This document shows positions 52,093 to 61,584 of a stretch of 64,000 bases of DNA, one piece after another. The position numbers and the translations under genes were made by a program. The notes under the pieces are model-generated. The model was not told the origin of the DNA. It searched no databases and saw only the letters and a program-made list of their open reading frames with translations. Source of the DNA: an uncultured Pyrinomonadaceae bacterium (GTDB lineage: Bacteria > Acidobacteriota > Blastocatellia > Pyrinomonadales > Pyrinomonadaceae). The stretch covers positions 122,015 to 186,014 of the forward strand of contig CAXSFM010000001.1 of NCBI GenBank assembly GCA_964236735.1. Direction: 5' to 3'. Each line of letters opens with the position of its first letter. Position 1 is the stretch's first letter.

Positions 52093-52989
52093 ATGCACGT
52101 CTTCTACACGCCACGCTATTACGCCGACATCGGCGACGCGCACGTCTTTCCGATTCGCAAATTCGAGTTGGTGCGCGAGCGTCTGTTGCGTGAAGGGACG
52201 CTTGCGCCGGCGGAGATCGTCGAACCGCAACCCGCGCCTCTCGCTGACGTGTTGCTCGTGCATACGGAAGATTACGTGACACGTCTGCGCGCGGGAGCAT
52301 TGACGGCGCGCGAGTTGCGGCGTCTGGGTTTGCCCTGGTCGAAGAGTCTCGTGCGACGCTCGTTTCTGGCGGCGGGTGGGACGCTTGGTGCGGCGCGCGT
52401 GTCGCTCGTGGAGGGCGTCGCCTCGAACCTCGCGGGCGGGACGCATCACTCCTTCGCGGATCGCGGCGAAGGCTTCTGCGTGCTCAACGATGTCGCCATC
52501 GCTATCCGCGTGCTCAAGCGTGACGGGGCGATTCGTCGCGCCGCCATCGTTGATTGCGACGTGCATCAGGGCAACGGCACAGCGACGATCTTCGTGGAAG
52601 ACGCGGATGTGTTCACCTTCTCGATGCACGGCGCGAAAAATTATCCGCTCTTCAAAGCGCAATCATCCCGCGATGTTGAGTTGCCCGATGGCACGGGCGA
52701 CGACTTTTATCACGAGACGCTCGCATCCGAGTTGCCCGGAGTCTTCGCGCACGAGCCTGACGTGGTTTTTTATCTCGGTGGCGCAGACCCCTTCACCGGC
52801 GACAAACTGGGACGGCTCGCGTTGACGATTGAAGGCCTGCGCGCGCGCGACGAAATCGTCTTACGCGAGTGTCGCAGCAGGAACGTGCCGGTCGTGACGG
52901 TGATGTCCGGCGGTTATGCTGCCGACATTAACGATACGGTCGAGATTCACTGCAACACGATTCGCGCGGTCAAGCACGTCTTCGCGTGA
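52093..52989 (+). CDS. Histone-deacetylase-family (arginase/deacetylase superfamily) protein, AcuC/Aph-like
   Basis: GGTHHSFADRGEGFCVLNDVAI, DCDVHQGNGT, GGADPF motifs of class I/II HDAC-like amidohydrolases. Confidence 0.85.
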   Translation: MHVFYTPRYYADIGDAHVFPIRKFELVRERLLREGTLAPAEIVEPQPAPLADVLLVHTEDYVTRLRAGALTARELRRLGLPWSKSLVRRSFLAAGGTLGAARVSLVEGVASNLAGGTHHSFADRGEGFCVLNDVAIAIRVLKRDGAIRRAAIVDCDVHQGNGTATIFVEDADVFTFSMHGAKNYPLFKAQSSRDVELPDGTGDDFYHETLASELPGVFAHEPDVVFYLGGADPFTGDKLGRLALTIEGLRARDEIVLRECRSRNVPVVTVMSGGYAADINDTVEIHCNTIRAVKHVFA

Positions 52990-53039
52990 GCGTCGCGCCT
53001 TGTACTTTGCAGGTTGTGCTTTTATCTTTGGCGTGAGCT

Positions 53040-53804
53040 ATGTGGAGAATCATCAAAACGGGCGCGCTCGTCCTCATGGCGCTGGTCACGCTGTTCATCG
53101 TCTATGAAGTGGCGACGTTTCCGCGCGTCGCGGATTTGCGGACGAAGAATCCTGAGACGACGAGCATGATCGAAACGCGCATCGAAGAAGCGAAGCGCGA
53201 CGGGCGCGAGCCTCGGCGCGTGCAGGTGTGGGTTCCCCTCAACCGCATCTCGCCGCATCTCGTCCGCGCGGTGATGGCGGGCGAAGACACGAACTTCGCG
53301 ACGCATCACGGCTTCGACTACGAGGCCATCCAGCGCGCGTGGGACGAAGCGCGACGCGACTCGGAGAAGGAAGCGAAGGAAGAGGGCGACTCGGATCAGT
53401 CCGACTGGATTCCCGACATGCCCAACTTCAAGCGCGGCGCTTCGACCATCTCGCAGCAGCTTTCCAAAAATCTTTATCTTTCTTCGGAGCGCAATTTCGG
53501 GCGCAAGGCGAAGGAAGCCTTCATCACATACTTTCTCGAACGCTCTTTGACGAAGTGTCGCATCCTCGAAATCTATCTCAACGTCATCGAGTGGGGCGAC
53601 GGCATCTACGGCGCGGAGGCTGCGGCGCGCACCTACTTCAACAAATCCGCCGCCGACCTCAACCCGCGCGAGGCAGCTTACCTGTCAGCGATGATTCCCA
53701 GCCCGCTCAACGTCTTCAACCCGCAGAAGAATCTCCGCCGCGTCCAACGCCGCCAGCGCGTCATCATGCGCGGAATGCCTTACGTCAAACCGCCGCCTTG
53801 CTGA
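53040..53804 (+). CDS. mtgA: Monofunctional biosynthetic peptidoglycan transglycosylase (GT51)
   Basis: N-terminal TM, EDTNFATHHGFD, GASTISQQL and ILEIYLNVIEWG GT51 motifs. Confidence 0.85.
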   Translation: MWRIIKTGALVLMALVTLFIVYEVATFPRVADLRTKNPETTSMIETRIEEAKRDGREPRRVQVWVPLNRISPHLVRAVMAGEDTNFATHHGFDYEAIQRAWDEARRDSEKEAKEEGDSDQSDWIPDMPNFKRGASTISQQLSKNLYLSSERNFGRKAKEAFITYFLERSLTKCRILEIYLNVIEWGDGIYGAEAAARTYFNKSAADLNPREAAYLSAMIPSPLNVFNPQKNLRRVQRRQRVIMRGMPYVKPPPC

Positions 53805-53956
53805 AAAGTGGAACAGCCGGCAACGAAAGCTTGCGAGACAGCCATACACGAACTTCGTGCGATTTTACGGGCTTTCGCGTTTGACGATTTTCCTCGCATC
53901 AACTTCGCAACTACATTAGAATCCGGCGAGATTCGAGCAACCGCAAGGAGCTTTCC

Positions 53957-56800
53957 ATGTCCTCAAAAGGTCTCACCAAATCTGCACTGGCCGTGCTTGG
54001 ATGCGCTGGTGCATCCGTTGCCGCGCCGCTCATCGCGCCGTATCTGGCGACGATCTCGCTTCCCTTCTTTGGAGCGATGCTGGCAGGCGTCATAACCAAT
54101 GAACAGCTTCAGGATAAATTAGTTGATGCCATCGGCAACACGGCTGCCGGATTCCTGACCAACATCGGCAGCTACGTTGCGACGGATAAACTTCCCGGCG
54201 CGTTGTCGCCCGATCACAACTTTCATCTCGAAAGAATGCTGGCAACGGCTTATCTCATCTCGCTCAAAGCAATCGAGCAGGAGTTCAAGGCAGATGCGGA
54301 CGAGAAGTTGCAGGTGCAGGCCGCGCAAATTTTCCCGTCCCTCAAAGCCAGAATCGAAAGAGGCTTGAAGCAGAAAGACCTTTCCGCGCTCTTTCCTGTG
54401 CAGGCCATCAACCAGCCAACTGGCACGGCCTTCGCCAATCGCTTTTCAGCGGAGAACGTGACGCTGCTCATCGCGGACGAAGAGAAATGGCACGAGCAGC
54501 TTGGTGAGGAAGTCGAGACGACACTGCGCCGGTGGCTCGACGAAGAGCGCGACACGGAAGCGCAGGTCGCGCCCATCACACAACTTTCGCTGGCAAGAGA
54601 CACACAACTGCCTGAGCCGCTGCGCTCGCGCCTGCGCGCGGAGATGCCGCACAGCATCGCGCATCAGATCAGCGAACTCGTCAAACACGATGAGTTCAAA
54701 GAGTCGTGGATTGCCTTTCAACGGGCGCACCTGCAAGGAATCGGGCGCGTCGTCGAGAGAATCGAAACCTCGCAGGAGGACATCCGGGAGAGCGTCGTCG
54801 CGCTGGCGCAACGGATCGAAGGCTTCGCCAGTCAGGACGAGTTCGTCGCGGCGATTGCCGATAAGCTACAAGTATTCCTGAGCCAGACCACTCTGCCACC
54901 GGACGAGTTGGCGCGACTGCTCGAACGCCAAAGCGAAGAGTTGCGCGGCCTCGAAGAACGGCTCGGCGCGAAGTTTGAGCAAGGCACTGAACGGCTTTCA
55001 ACCGAAGGCAAAGAAAACACCGCGCAGCTTTCTGAGCAAATCCAATCGCTCGACAAAAAGGTTGAACAGGTTAAAGAGGAGATTCTGCAAAGCGCGGTAA
55101 GAGCAGCCCGTAACAGGTTGAAGCAACTGCCCGCGCCGCCGCGCGATTTCACCGGGCGCGAGACGGAATTGAGAGAGTTACGGCAAGCTCTGCGGCAGGG
55201 CGGCGCGACGATTTCGGGCGTGCAGGGCATGGGCGGCGTGGGTAAGACCGCGCTGGCATTAGTGCTGGCGGATGAATTCAAAGACCAGTACCCGGAAGCG
55301 CAAATCTACCTCGATCTGCGCGGCACGAGCAAACAACCGCTTCCACCTGCCGAAGTGATGTGGCACGTCGTCAGTTCCCTTCAACCCGAAACGAAGCGCC
55401 CCGACGATGATCAATTGCCCAGCTTGTTCAATTCCGTACTCGACGACAAGCGTGTCCTGTTGTTCTACGACAATGCGGGAGACCCCGCGCAAATCGCGCC
55501 CCAATTACGGTGGCTGCCGCCTCGACAGTGTTTACTTCTGGTCACTTCACGAAAGCGTCTGGGTTTGCGCGGTATGTCTGAAAAGAATCTGGATGAGATG
55601 AGCAAGGAGGACGCAAACGCGCTGCTGCTCAAAATCGAGCCGCGCATCGGCGGGCACGCACCGGCGATTGCGGAGCAGTGCGGTTATCTCCCCATCGCGT
55701 TGTGCGCTGCCGCCAGCGTGTTGAAAATCAAAACCGCGCTGGCTCCCGAAGATTACCTGAATCGTTTGCGAATCAGAAAAGAGCGACTTTCCCTATATGA
55801 TGTAGAAAGAGACCTCAGCGTCGAAGCTTGTTTCGGCGAGAGCTACGACTTGCTGAACGAAGAACTGCCACGACGCTGGCGAATGCTGGCAATCTTCCCG
55901 ACCGACTTCGACGCGCCTGCGGCGGCAGCCGTGTGGCAGACGGACGTTGAGGCTGCGAAAGACTCGCTGGCGGAGCTTGAAGAATACAGCCTGCTCGATT
56001 GGGAAGAAGCCGCACAGCGTTACACCCTGCACGACCTCGCGCGTGATTTCGCGGACACGCGCTTGAGCGCAGCCGAACGCGAACAGGCAGGCTTGCTGCA
56101 CGCGACGCATTATTTACAGATTCTCTCGACGGCTGATGATCTTTTCCAAAAAGGCGGTGCAGCGATTGCCGGAGGGCTTTCGCTTTTCGACAACGAGCGC
56201 GTCAACATTGAAGCCGGTCAGGAATGGGCAGCCGTGCGCTTCGCCGGCAACGAGCAAGCCGCTCAATTGTGCAACATGTATCCCGATGCAGGCGCTTTCG
56301 TTCTCAGCCTGCGCCAACATCCACGCGATCTTATTCGCTGGCTTGAAGCCGCGTTGCCGGCTGCACAGCAACTCAGAGACGCGCGCGCCGCCGAAGGAAG
56401 ACACTTAGGCAATCTGGGCAACGCCTACGTCCGCTTGGACGAGACGCGCCGTGCCATCGAATTCCACGAGCAGTATCTCAACATCACCCGCGAGATCGGC
56501 GACCGGCGCGGCGAGGGCAACGCGCTGGGCAACATGGGAGTTGCCTACGCCGACTTGGGAGAGACGCGCCGTGCCATCGAGTTCTACGAGCAGGCTTTGG
56601 TCATCTCACGCGAGATCAGCGACCGGCGCGGCGAGGGTGCGGACTTGGGCAACTTAGGCATTGTTTATAAAGACTTGGGTGACACGGAACAGGCGATAGG
56701 ATATATGGAAGAGGCGGTGAAGATTTTAGAAGAGATTGAGTCGCCGAATGCCAACGTCGTGCGGGGCTGGCTGGAAAAGTTGCGCGGCAAGAGCGGGTGA
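53957..56800 (+). CDS. STAND NTPase: uncharacterised hydrophobic/helical N-terminal module + coiled coil + NB-ARC ATPase + C-terminal TPR repeats
   Basis: P-loop GMGGVGKTALALVLA within an NB-ARC-like region. At least four TPR-like repeats (LGNLGNAYVRLDETRRAIEFHEQ... repeated). First ~60 aa strongly hydrophobic. Confidence 0.8.
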   Translation: MSSKGLTKSALAVLGCAGASVAAPLIAPYLATISLPFFGAMLAGVITNEQLQDKLVDAIGNTAAGFLTNIGSYVATDKLPGALSPDHNFHLERMLATAYLISLKAIEQEFKADADEKLQVQAAQIFPSLKARIERGLKQKDLSALFPVQAINQPTGTAFANRFSAENVTLLIADEEKWHEQLGEEVETTLRRWLDEERDTEAQVAPITQLSLARDTQLPEPLRSRLRAEMPHSIAHQISELVKHDEFKESWIAFQRAHLQGIGRVVERIETSQEDIRESVVALAQRIEGFASQDEFVAAIADKLQVFLSQTTLPPDELARLLERQSEELRGLEERLGAKFEQGTERLSTEGKENTAQLSEQIQSLDKKVEQVKEEILQSAVRAARNRLKQLPAPPRDFTGRETELRELRQALRQGGATISGVQGMGGVGKTALALVLADEFKDQYPEAQIYLDLRGTSKQPLPPAEVMWHVVSSLQPETKRPDDDQLPSLFNSVLDDKRVLLFYDNAGDPAQIAPQLRWLPPRQCLLLVTSRKRLGLRGMSEKNLDEMSKEDANALLLKIEPRIGGHAPAIAEQCGYLPIALCAAASVLKIKTALAPEDYLNRLRIRKERLSLYDVERDLSVEACFGESYDLLNEELPRRWRMLAIFPTDFDAPAAAAVWQTDVEAAKDSLAELEEYSLLDWEEAAQRYTLHDLARDFADTRLSAAEREQAGLLHATHYLQILSTADDLFQKGGAAIAGGLSLFDNERVNIEAGQEWAAVRFAGNEQAAQLCNMYPDAGAFVLSLRQHPRDLIRWLEAALPAAQQLRDARAAEGRHLGNLGNAYVRLDETRRAIEFHEQYLNITREIGDRRGEGNALGNMGVAYADLGETRRAIEFYEQALVISREISDRRGEGADLGNLGIVYKDLGDTEQAIGYMEEAVKILEEIESPNANVVRGWLEKLRGKSG

Positions 56801-56894
56801 TTTGTGCCGACGGGTTCGCGCGTCATGTCATGGATTATCTTTATTGCTTAAGCAGCAACGACGTGAGCGGTGCGCCAGCTATTTTCAGGCAATA

Positions 56895-56952
56895 GCAAAA
56901 AGGCAAAAGTGAAGATGGAGAGCGAACTCCTTCTCTTCACTTTTGCCTTTTT
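56895..56952. terminator. Bidirectional hairpin terminator between the convergent STAND and roadblock genes
   Basis: gcaaaaaggcaaaagtgaaga ... tcttcacttttgccttttt with T/A runs on both sides. Confidence 0.6.
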
Positions 56953-56981
56953 ACTTCTGCCTTAAAGGAAAGCAGCTTTGC

Positions 56982-57347
56982 TTACAGTGCGAACTCGCGC
57001 GAGAGTTCGAGTTCGGCTTTGCGTAGCTCGTATCTGCCGCGTCCGAGATTGCCGTCGGGATGCATCGTGAGGACGACGAAGTAGTCAGCCGTGAAGAGAC
57101 GCGCGATAATCTGCGTGCCTTCAAAGGCGACGACCATCTCGCGCAGGACGCCGAGACCCGTCGCGCCTCCCGCGCGCATCGCGCTTCGCACGAGCGAAGT
57201 CACTTCAGCGGCGGCGACATCCATGTTCGACTCGCTGCCTTCCGGCAGAAAGACCTTTTCAACCGCGATGCCGTCCGTGCCCATGATGAGCGCGCCGGTC
57301 GCGCCTTCCGTCCGCTCGACGATGTTGGTGAGAGCTTCCTTAAACAT
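56982..57347 (-). CDS. Roadblock/LC7 domain protein (MglB-like)
   Basis: 121 aa with a roadblock-fold pattern (GATGALIMGTDGIAV..., FVVLTMHPDGNLG). Confidence 0.65.
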   Translation of the reverse strand: MFKEALTNIVERTEGATGALIMGTDGIAVEKVFLPEGSESNMDVAAAEVTSLVRSAMRAGGATGLGVLREMVVAFEGTQIIARLFTADYFVVLTMHPDGNLGRGRYELRKAELELSREFAL

Positions 57348-57361
57348 TGTTCGATCCTCCT

Positions 57362-59197
57362 TTAGGGGCGCGTGCCGGGATTGGCGCGCGGTGAGTTGGA
57401 CGGGACTAAGTCGCGTCCAGCCGGTTCAGTCAGTTGCTGTTGCGGCTGAACCTGTTGCTGCTGCTGCGAAGGTGAATTCGCCGGTGTGTTGGAGTCGGGA
57501 TTGCCGAGCGGCACGGGCTGCGAGATTTGCACCGAGCGCGTAGTGGTCGCGGGCGCGGAGTCCGTGCGACGACCCTGATAGTCAGGCCGGTAGATGCGCG
57601 GAGTGATGAAGAAAAGTATCTCGTCCGTGTTGCGCGAGATGGACTTGCGCTTGAAGAGATTGCCGATGACGGGTAAGCCGCCGAGTCCGGGCGTGCGATT
57701 CGTGACCTCGCTCTCGCGGTCGTTGAGCACGCCGCCGACGACGGTCGTTCCGCCATCCGGCACGAGCACTTCGGTCTGCATCCGCTGCGTGTCAATGCCC
57801 GGCGTGCCGAGCGAATTGGTGAGCGTCCCGTTGACGCTGTTGTTCTCCATCACGACGCGCAGGACGACCGTACCCGCGTCCGTGATCTGCGGAGTGATTG
57901 AGAGACGAAGCGGGACGGAGACGAACGTCGTCGTGAAGACGCCGCTCGCGCCCGACGCGCTGGCCTGCGGCGTGACGACAGGAATCTGCGAGCCGCTTTC
58001 AATCTGCGCCGGGCGATTGTTGAGCGCCGTCACGCGGGGCGTCGCGACGATCTTCGCCTGCCCTCTGGCTTCCGCCGCCGTGATGAGCGCGCTGATCTGC
58101 GCCGTGCCGATGGCTCCCGTCGTCAGACCGATGACGGTGCTGGCCGCCGTCGCGGCGAGCGACGAAAGCGGTTGATTCGTGTTGCCGAGTCCGCCCGGAA
58201 TACTCTGCGGGTTGACGCCTGAATTGATGGTGGTGTTTCCCGGCAGAGTGCTGAACGAGCCGAGCGCGCCGCGATTCGCGTTCAGCGCGACGGCTCCAAG
58301 CTGGACGCCGAGGTCGCGGCTGAAGCTGCGATTGGCGATGACGATGCGCGTCTCGATCTCGACTTGCGGCTCCGGTTGATCGAGGAGCGTGACGAGTTGG
58401 CGAACAGCGTCAATATTTTCTTTCACGTCGGTGACGATGAGCGTGTTGCTGCGCCCGTCAACTTCGACGCTGCCGCGCTTCGACAGGCGGCGCTGGATGA
58501 TCGGCAGGATGCCGATGCTGGAAGGGTTCGACTGGATTTCACGTCCCGCGTTGCCCTGCTCATATCCCGTGTCGGCAGTGTTCCCCGCTCCGCCCTTAAA
58601 AACCGCCGTGCCTTCGGAGGCCGCGCCGAGCGTGCCGAGAGCGCGCGCGTAGTTGAGCCGGATGATTTCCGTGACGAGCGCGGAGTTATTGAGTTGCGCC
58701 TCGCGGAGTCTCTGCTTCGCGGCCTCTTCGGCGGCGCGGCTCTTCGACTCTTCGACTAAGACTTCCTGCGTCGCCACGCGCAGAATATTTCCCGTCACTT
58801 CGATGCCGAGACGGTTGGCTCTGAGAATCGCATCAAGCGCGAAGTTCCAGGGCACTTCCGTCACGTTGATGGTGACGGGCACTTTGCCCACCGACGAGTC
58901 AACGACGAAGTTCACGCCGTACTGCTCGGTGATGTAGTTGAGAATGTCGCGGATGTCGGCGTTGACGACGTTGAGATTGATCGGCTCGCCGACGAATCCC
59001 TGCTGGCCGTAACGCTGCCCCTGCGAAGCCTGCGGCGTAGTGTTCGGCGATCCTGCGAGTTGCGCCTGCGCTGTAGAATGCTGACGCGACGCGCCGCCGT
59101 GGACGCCTGCGAACGCGACTGCGTGCAGCGAGCAGATGAAAATGAGGACGAGCGCTCCCATTTTTATGATCGCTGAAAGTTGTTTGTGATAAGTCAT
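57362..59197 (-). CDS. pilQ: Type IV pilus secretin PilQ
   Basis: C-terminal secretin domain (GGLPVIGNLFKRKSISRNTDEILFFITPRIY) and N0/AMIN-like N-terminal regions. Start set at MTYHKQ, preceded by GAAGGA. Confidence 0.85.
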   Translation of the reverse strand: MTYHKQLSAIIKMGALVLIFICSLHAVAFAGVHGGASRQHSTAQAQLAGSPNTTPQASQGQRYGQQGFVGEPINLNVVNADIRDILNYITEQYGVNFVVDSSVGKVPVTINVTEVPWNFALDAILRANRLGIEVTGNILRVATQEVLVEESKSRAAEEAAKQRLREAQLNNSALVTEIIRLNYARALGTLGAASEGTAVFKGGAGNTADTGYEQGNAGREIQSNPSSIGILPIIQRRLSKRGSVEVDGRSNTLIVTDVKENIDAVRQLVTLLDQPEPQVEIETRIVIANRSFSRDLGVQLGAVALNANRGALGSFSTLPGNTTINSGVNPQSIPGGLGNTNQPLSSLAATAASTVIGLTTGAIGTAQISALITAAEARGQAKIVATPRVTALNNRPAQIESGSQIPVVTPQASASGASGVFTTTFVSVPLRLSITPQITDAGTVVLRVVMENNSVNGTLTNSLGTPGIDTQRMQTEVLVPDGGTTVVGGVLNDRESEVTNRTPGLGGLPVIGNLFKRKSISRNTDEILFFITPRIYRPDYQGRRTDSAPATTTRSVQISQPVPLGNPDSNTPANSPSQQQQQVQPQQQLTEPAGRDLVPSNSPRANPGTRP

Positions 59198-59463
59198 ATT
59201 TTCATCCTTCAAGGCATCACCGGCAGAAAACCGCCACGCGCTAACGCTCGTTCGAGCGACTACCCTTGTCACCCTTCTAAGCGCGCGCCGCACAATGCGG
59301 AACGCTGCAAGTCATGTTGTCAAAAAAGACTCACTGGCAGCGGGGCTGAATCGCCCCTGACTGTTTCGTGGAGTGTTGGAATGAGGGACAGTCGTCCGGG
59401 CAGCCGTTGTCGCCTGGGCGCAAGTTCTCAGGCTTTTTCGCGCGACCACACGGCTTGAAAAAC

Positions 59464-60135
59464 TTAAGGCTTTTTGGTCTCCGACGTTTTCACTACTTTC
59501 AGTGCGGCAGAGTCTGTTGAAGCGTCCTCTTCTTTTGCAGAACGCTCTTCCTTCTTGGCTTTGGTCTCGGTCATCGAATCCGCGACGGCATCGGCCTGAC
59601 GCAGAGGTTTCGTGTCCACCGCGACTTCATGGCGACCGTCATTCCAGACTGTCTCGCGTCGAAAGACGAGACGTGTTTCTTCGATGGCGACCAGCATCCC
59701 GTCGTAAAACTTTTCACCCGGATAGATCACGTAAGAGAGATTGATCGGCGTGGCCTGCACCATCGCGGCGTAACCGCGCGGCGTGCGGAAAATTCCCGTC
59801 ACCTGTATCTCCGCGAGCGTGATGGCCGTCGTCGGCTTCGGCGCGGGTTGCTGCATGTTCATCGCCGCCAGCTTCTTCGCTTTGTACTGCGCGATCCGTA
59901 CCTGGATGTCGGGAACCGGAATCGGCGCGACGACTTTTTTCGCGACGGCGCGCTTGACGGGCGGTTTGTATTTTTTGAACGGATCATTCTTCGCTGAACT
60001 GTAAGGCTTGTTCGCCGCATCCTGCGCGCTGGCGGCGGTCGCTCCGCAAAGGACGAGCACACCGGCGGTGAAAATTCCGTAGAGCGTCTGGCGCAACTTG
60101 TTATTGTTTTCTTTCATGTTTTTTGTTCCTGACAA
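59464..60135 (-). CDS. pilP: Type IV pilus assembly protein PilP-like
   Basis: Signal peptide, beta-rich core (ITLAEIQVTGIFRTPRGYAAMV), and its position between pilO and pilQ. Confidence 0.5.
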   Translation of the reverse strand: MSGTKNMKENNNKLRQTLYGIFTAGVLVLCGATAASAQDAANKPYSSAKNDPFKKYKPPVKRAVAKKVVAPIPVPDIQVRIAQYKAKKLAAMNMQQPAPKPTTAITLAEIQVTGIFRTPRGYAAMVQATPINLSYVIYPGEKFYDGMLVAIEETRLVFRRETVWNDGRHEVAVDTKPLRQADAVADSMTETKAKKEERSAKEEDASTDSAALKVVKTSETKKP

Positions 60136-60165
60136 TTGTTCTCTCTTCGGGCTGGCAGCGAAAAT

Positions 60166-60819
60166 TTACTTGGCCGCGACGGGCGGCACAGCGACTGCCG
60201 GCGCGGGCACAACAGCCACGGCGGGCGTTGCCGCTTGCAGTTTTTCCGGCGAGACGTAGTAAGCAGTGAGAAGGAATTGCGCGTTGACGGTCTTGCCCTG
60301 CATCTTGTCGCGCGTCACGGCGTCGCCGAGTTTCACAATCTTGAAATCGCTGATCGAGACGATGCGCTGGTAAGACGCCATCTGCGCGAAGAACTGGCCG
60401 ACGTTGTTGTACGTGCCGGAGACTTCAATCTCGATGGGCTTGCCGGAATAAAAGTCCTGCTGGATGTCATCCTTCGGCGTGAAGCGACGCACGGAGAGTC
60501 GTCCGCTCGCGCGTTCTTCAATGCCGGAGAGCACCGTCGTCAATTCACGCTGCTCCGGGAGCAGAGCTTTCAAGTCGTCGTAGTCGGCTTGCGCCCGCGC
60601 GTAGGATTCCTTGAATTCGTTGAGACGCTGCGAGGCGATCTGCGCGCGCGCGTTGTCTTGCTGCAACTTGGCGATCTGCTCTTCGAGGTCTTTCGTCTCG
60701 GCGCGCGTGCCGCTCGTGACGAAGTACCAGAATCCCGCGTAGAGCAGGACTGCGACCACGCCAAACAAGGCGAGTTGGACGTACCAGGGTTTTTCCTGGA
60801 GGGCTTCGATGTTCATCAT
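60166..60819 (-). CDS. pilO: Type IV pilus assembly protein PilO
   Basis: N-terminal TM, coiled coil, and C-terminal PilO fold pattern. Synteny within pilMNOPQ. Confidence 0.75.
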   Translation of the reverse strand: MMNIEALQEKPWYVQLALFGVVAVLLYAGFWYFVTSGTRAETKDLEEQIAKLQQDNARAQIASQRLNEFKESYARAQADYDDLKALLPEQRELTTVLSGIEERASGRLSVRRFTPKDDIQQDFYSGKPIEIEVSGTYNNVGQFFAQMASYQRIVSISDFKIVKLGDAVTRDKMQGKTVNAQFLLTAYYVSPEKLQAATPAVAVVPAPAVAVPPVAAK

Positions 60820-60864
60820 TGCTTTTATGTTCCTTTTCGGACTCGTGTCGAGTGCCCCGGATGC

Positions 60865-61584
60865 TTATTTCTGGGCGACCTGATTGGCCGCCGGTGGCGC
60901 GGCAGGATTCGCGGCCTGCGCGGCGACGGGCGGGGCGGGCGGCGGGGGCGGGACGAGCGGGCCGTACTTACATTTCACTTTGAACTTCACCGTTTCGGGC
61001 GCGGGCACGGTCGTATCAATCGGCCCTTCGCTGGCGTTGTAGTCAGCCGGGTTAATCTGCATTGGCTTGCGCTCGGTGTCCAGATTCACATTGAGGAAGA
61101 GGCCGGACGAAAATTCGAGGCTGCGTCCGAACTGCGTGACGGCGGCTTCGTTCGGCGAGTGGCCTTCGATGATCAGGTCGCCGTTCTTCTGCTCGATTGA
61201 TTCGAGACGGAAGTCCGCGACGAGCGGCAGGCGCTGGTTGATGTCAGAGAGGACGGCGACCGGCCCCTGCTGCGAAGCGCGCAGTTTCTTAATCGCCTCA
61301 ATGCGTACCTGAATGTCGCTGATGCGCTTTTGCAGTTCGGCCTGCTCGGCGTTGATGACCGCCATCTGCGCGGCGATCTGCTTTTGTTTTTCCAACTCGG
61401 CCTGCGCCGAGACGTTCGCCGAATTCGCGCTCACGTAATCGAAGACCATCACGAGCGCCATCAGTCCGAACACCGCCGTGAGCAGCACCCAGAAGCGCGT
61501 GCGCGGGTCTGAGACGCGCTCTTCGACGACGGCGACGCTGCGGTCTATGTCTGTGACGGAATTTAGTAAGTTGACCTTAATCAT
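60865..61584 (-). CDS. pilN: Type IV pilus assembly protein PilN
   Basis: MIKVNLL N-terminus, single TM, coiled coil. Directly abuts pilM. Confidence 0.75.
   Translation of the reverse strand: MIKVNLLNSVTDIDRSVAVVEERVSDPRTRFWVLLTAVFGLMALVMVFDYVSANSANVSAQAELEKQKQIAAQMAVINAEQAELQKRISDIQVRIEAIKKLRASQQGPVAVLSDINQRLPLVADFRLESIEQKNGDLIIEGHSPNEAAVTQFGRSLEFSSGLFLNVNLDTERKPMQINPADYNASEGPIDTTVPAPETVKFKVKCKYGPLVPPPPPAPPVAAQAANPAAPPAANQVAQK

Noticed and set aside
60136-61200. 354-aa plus-strand ORF
   Set aside because: Antisense to pilO/pilN, which are supported by operon synteny pilM-N-O-P-Q.
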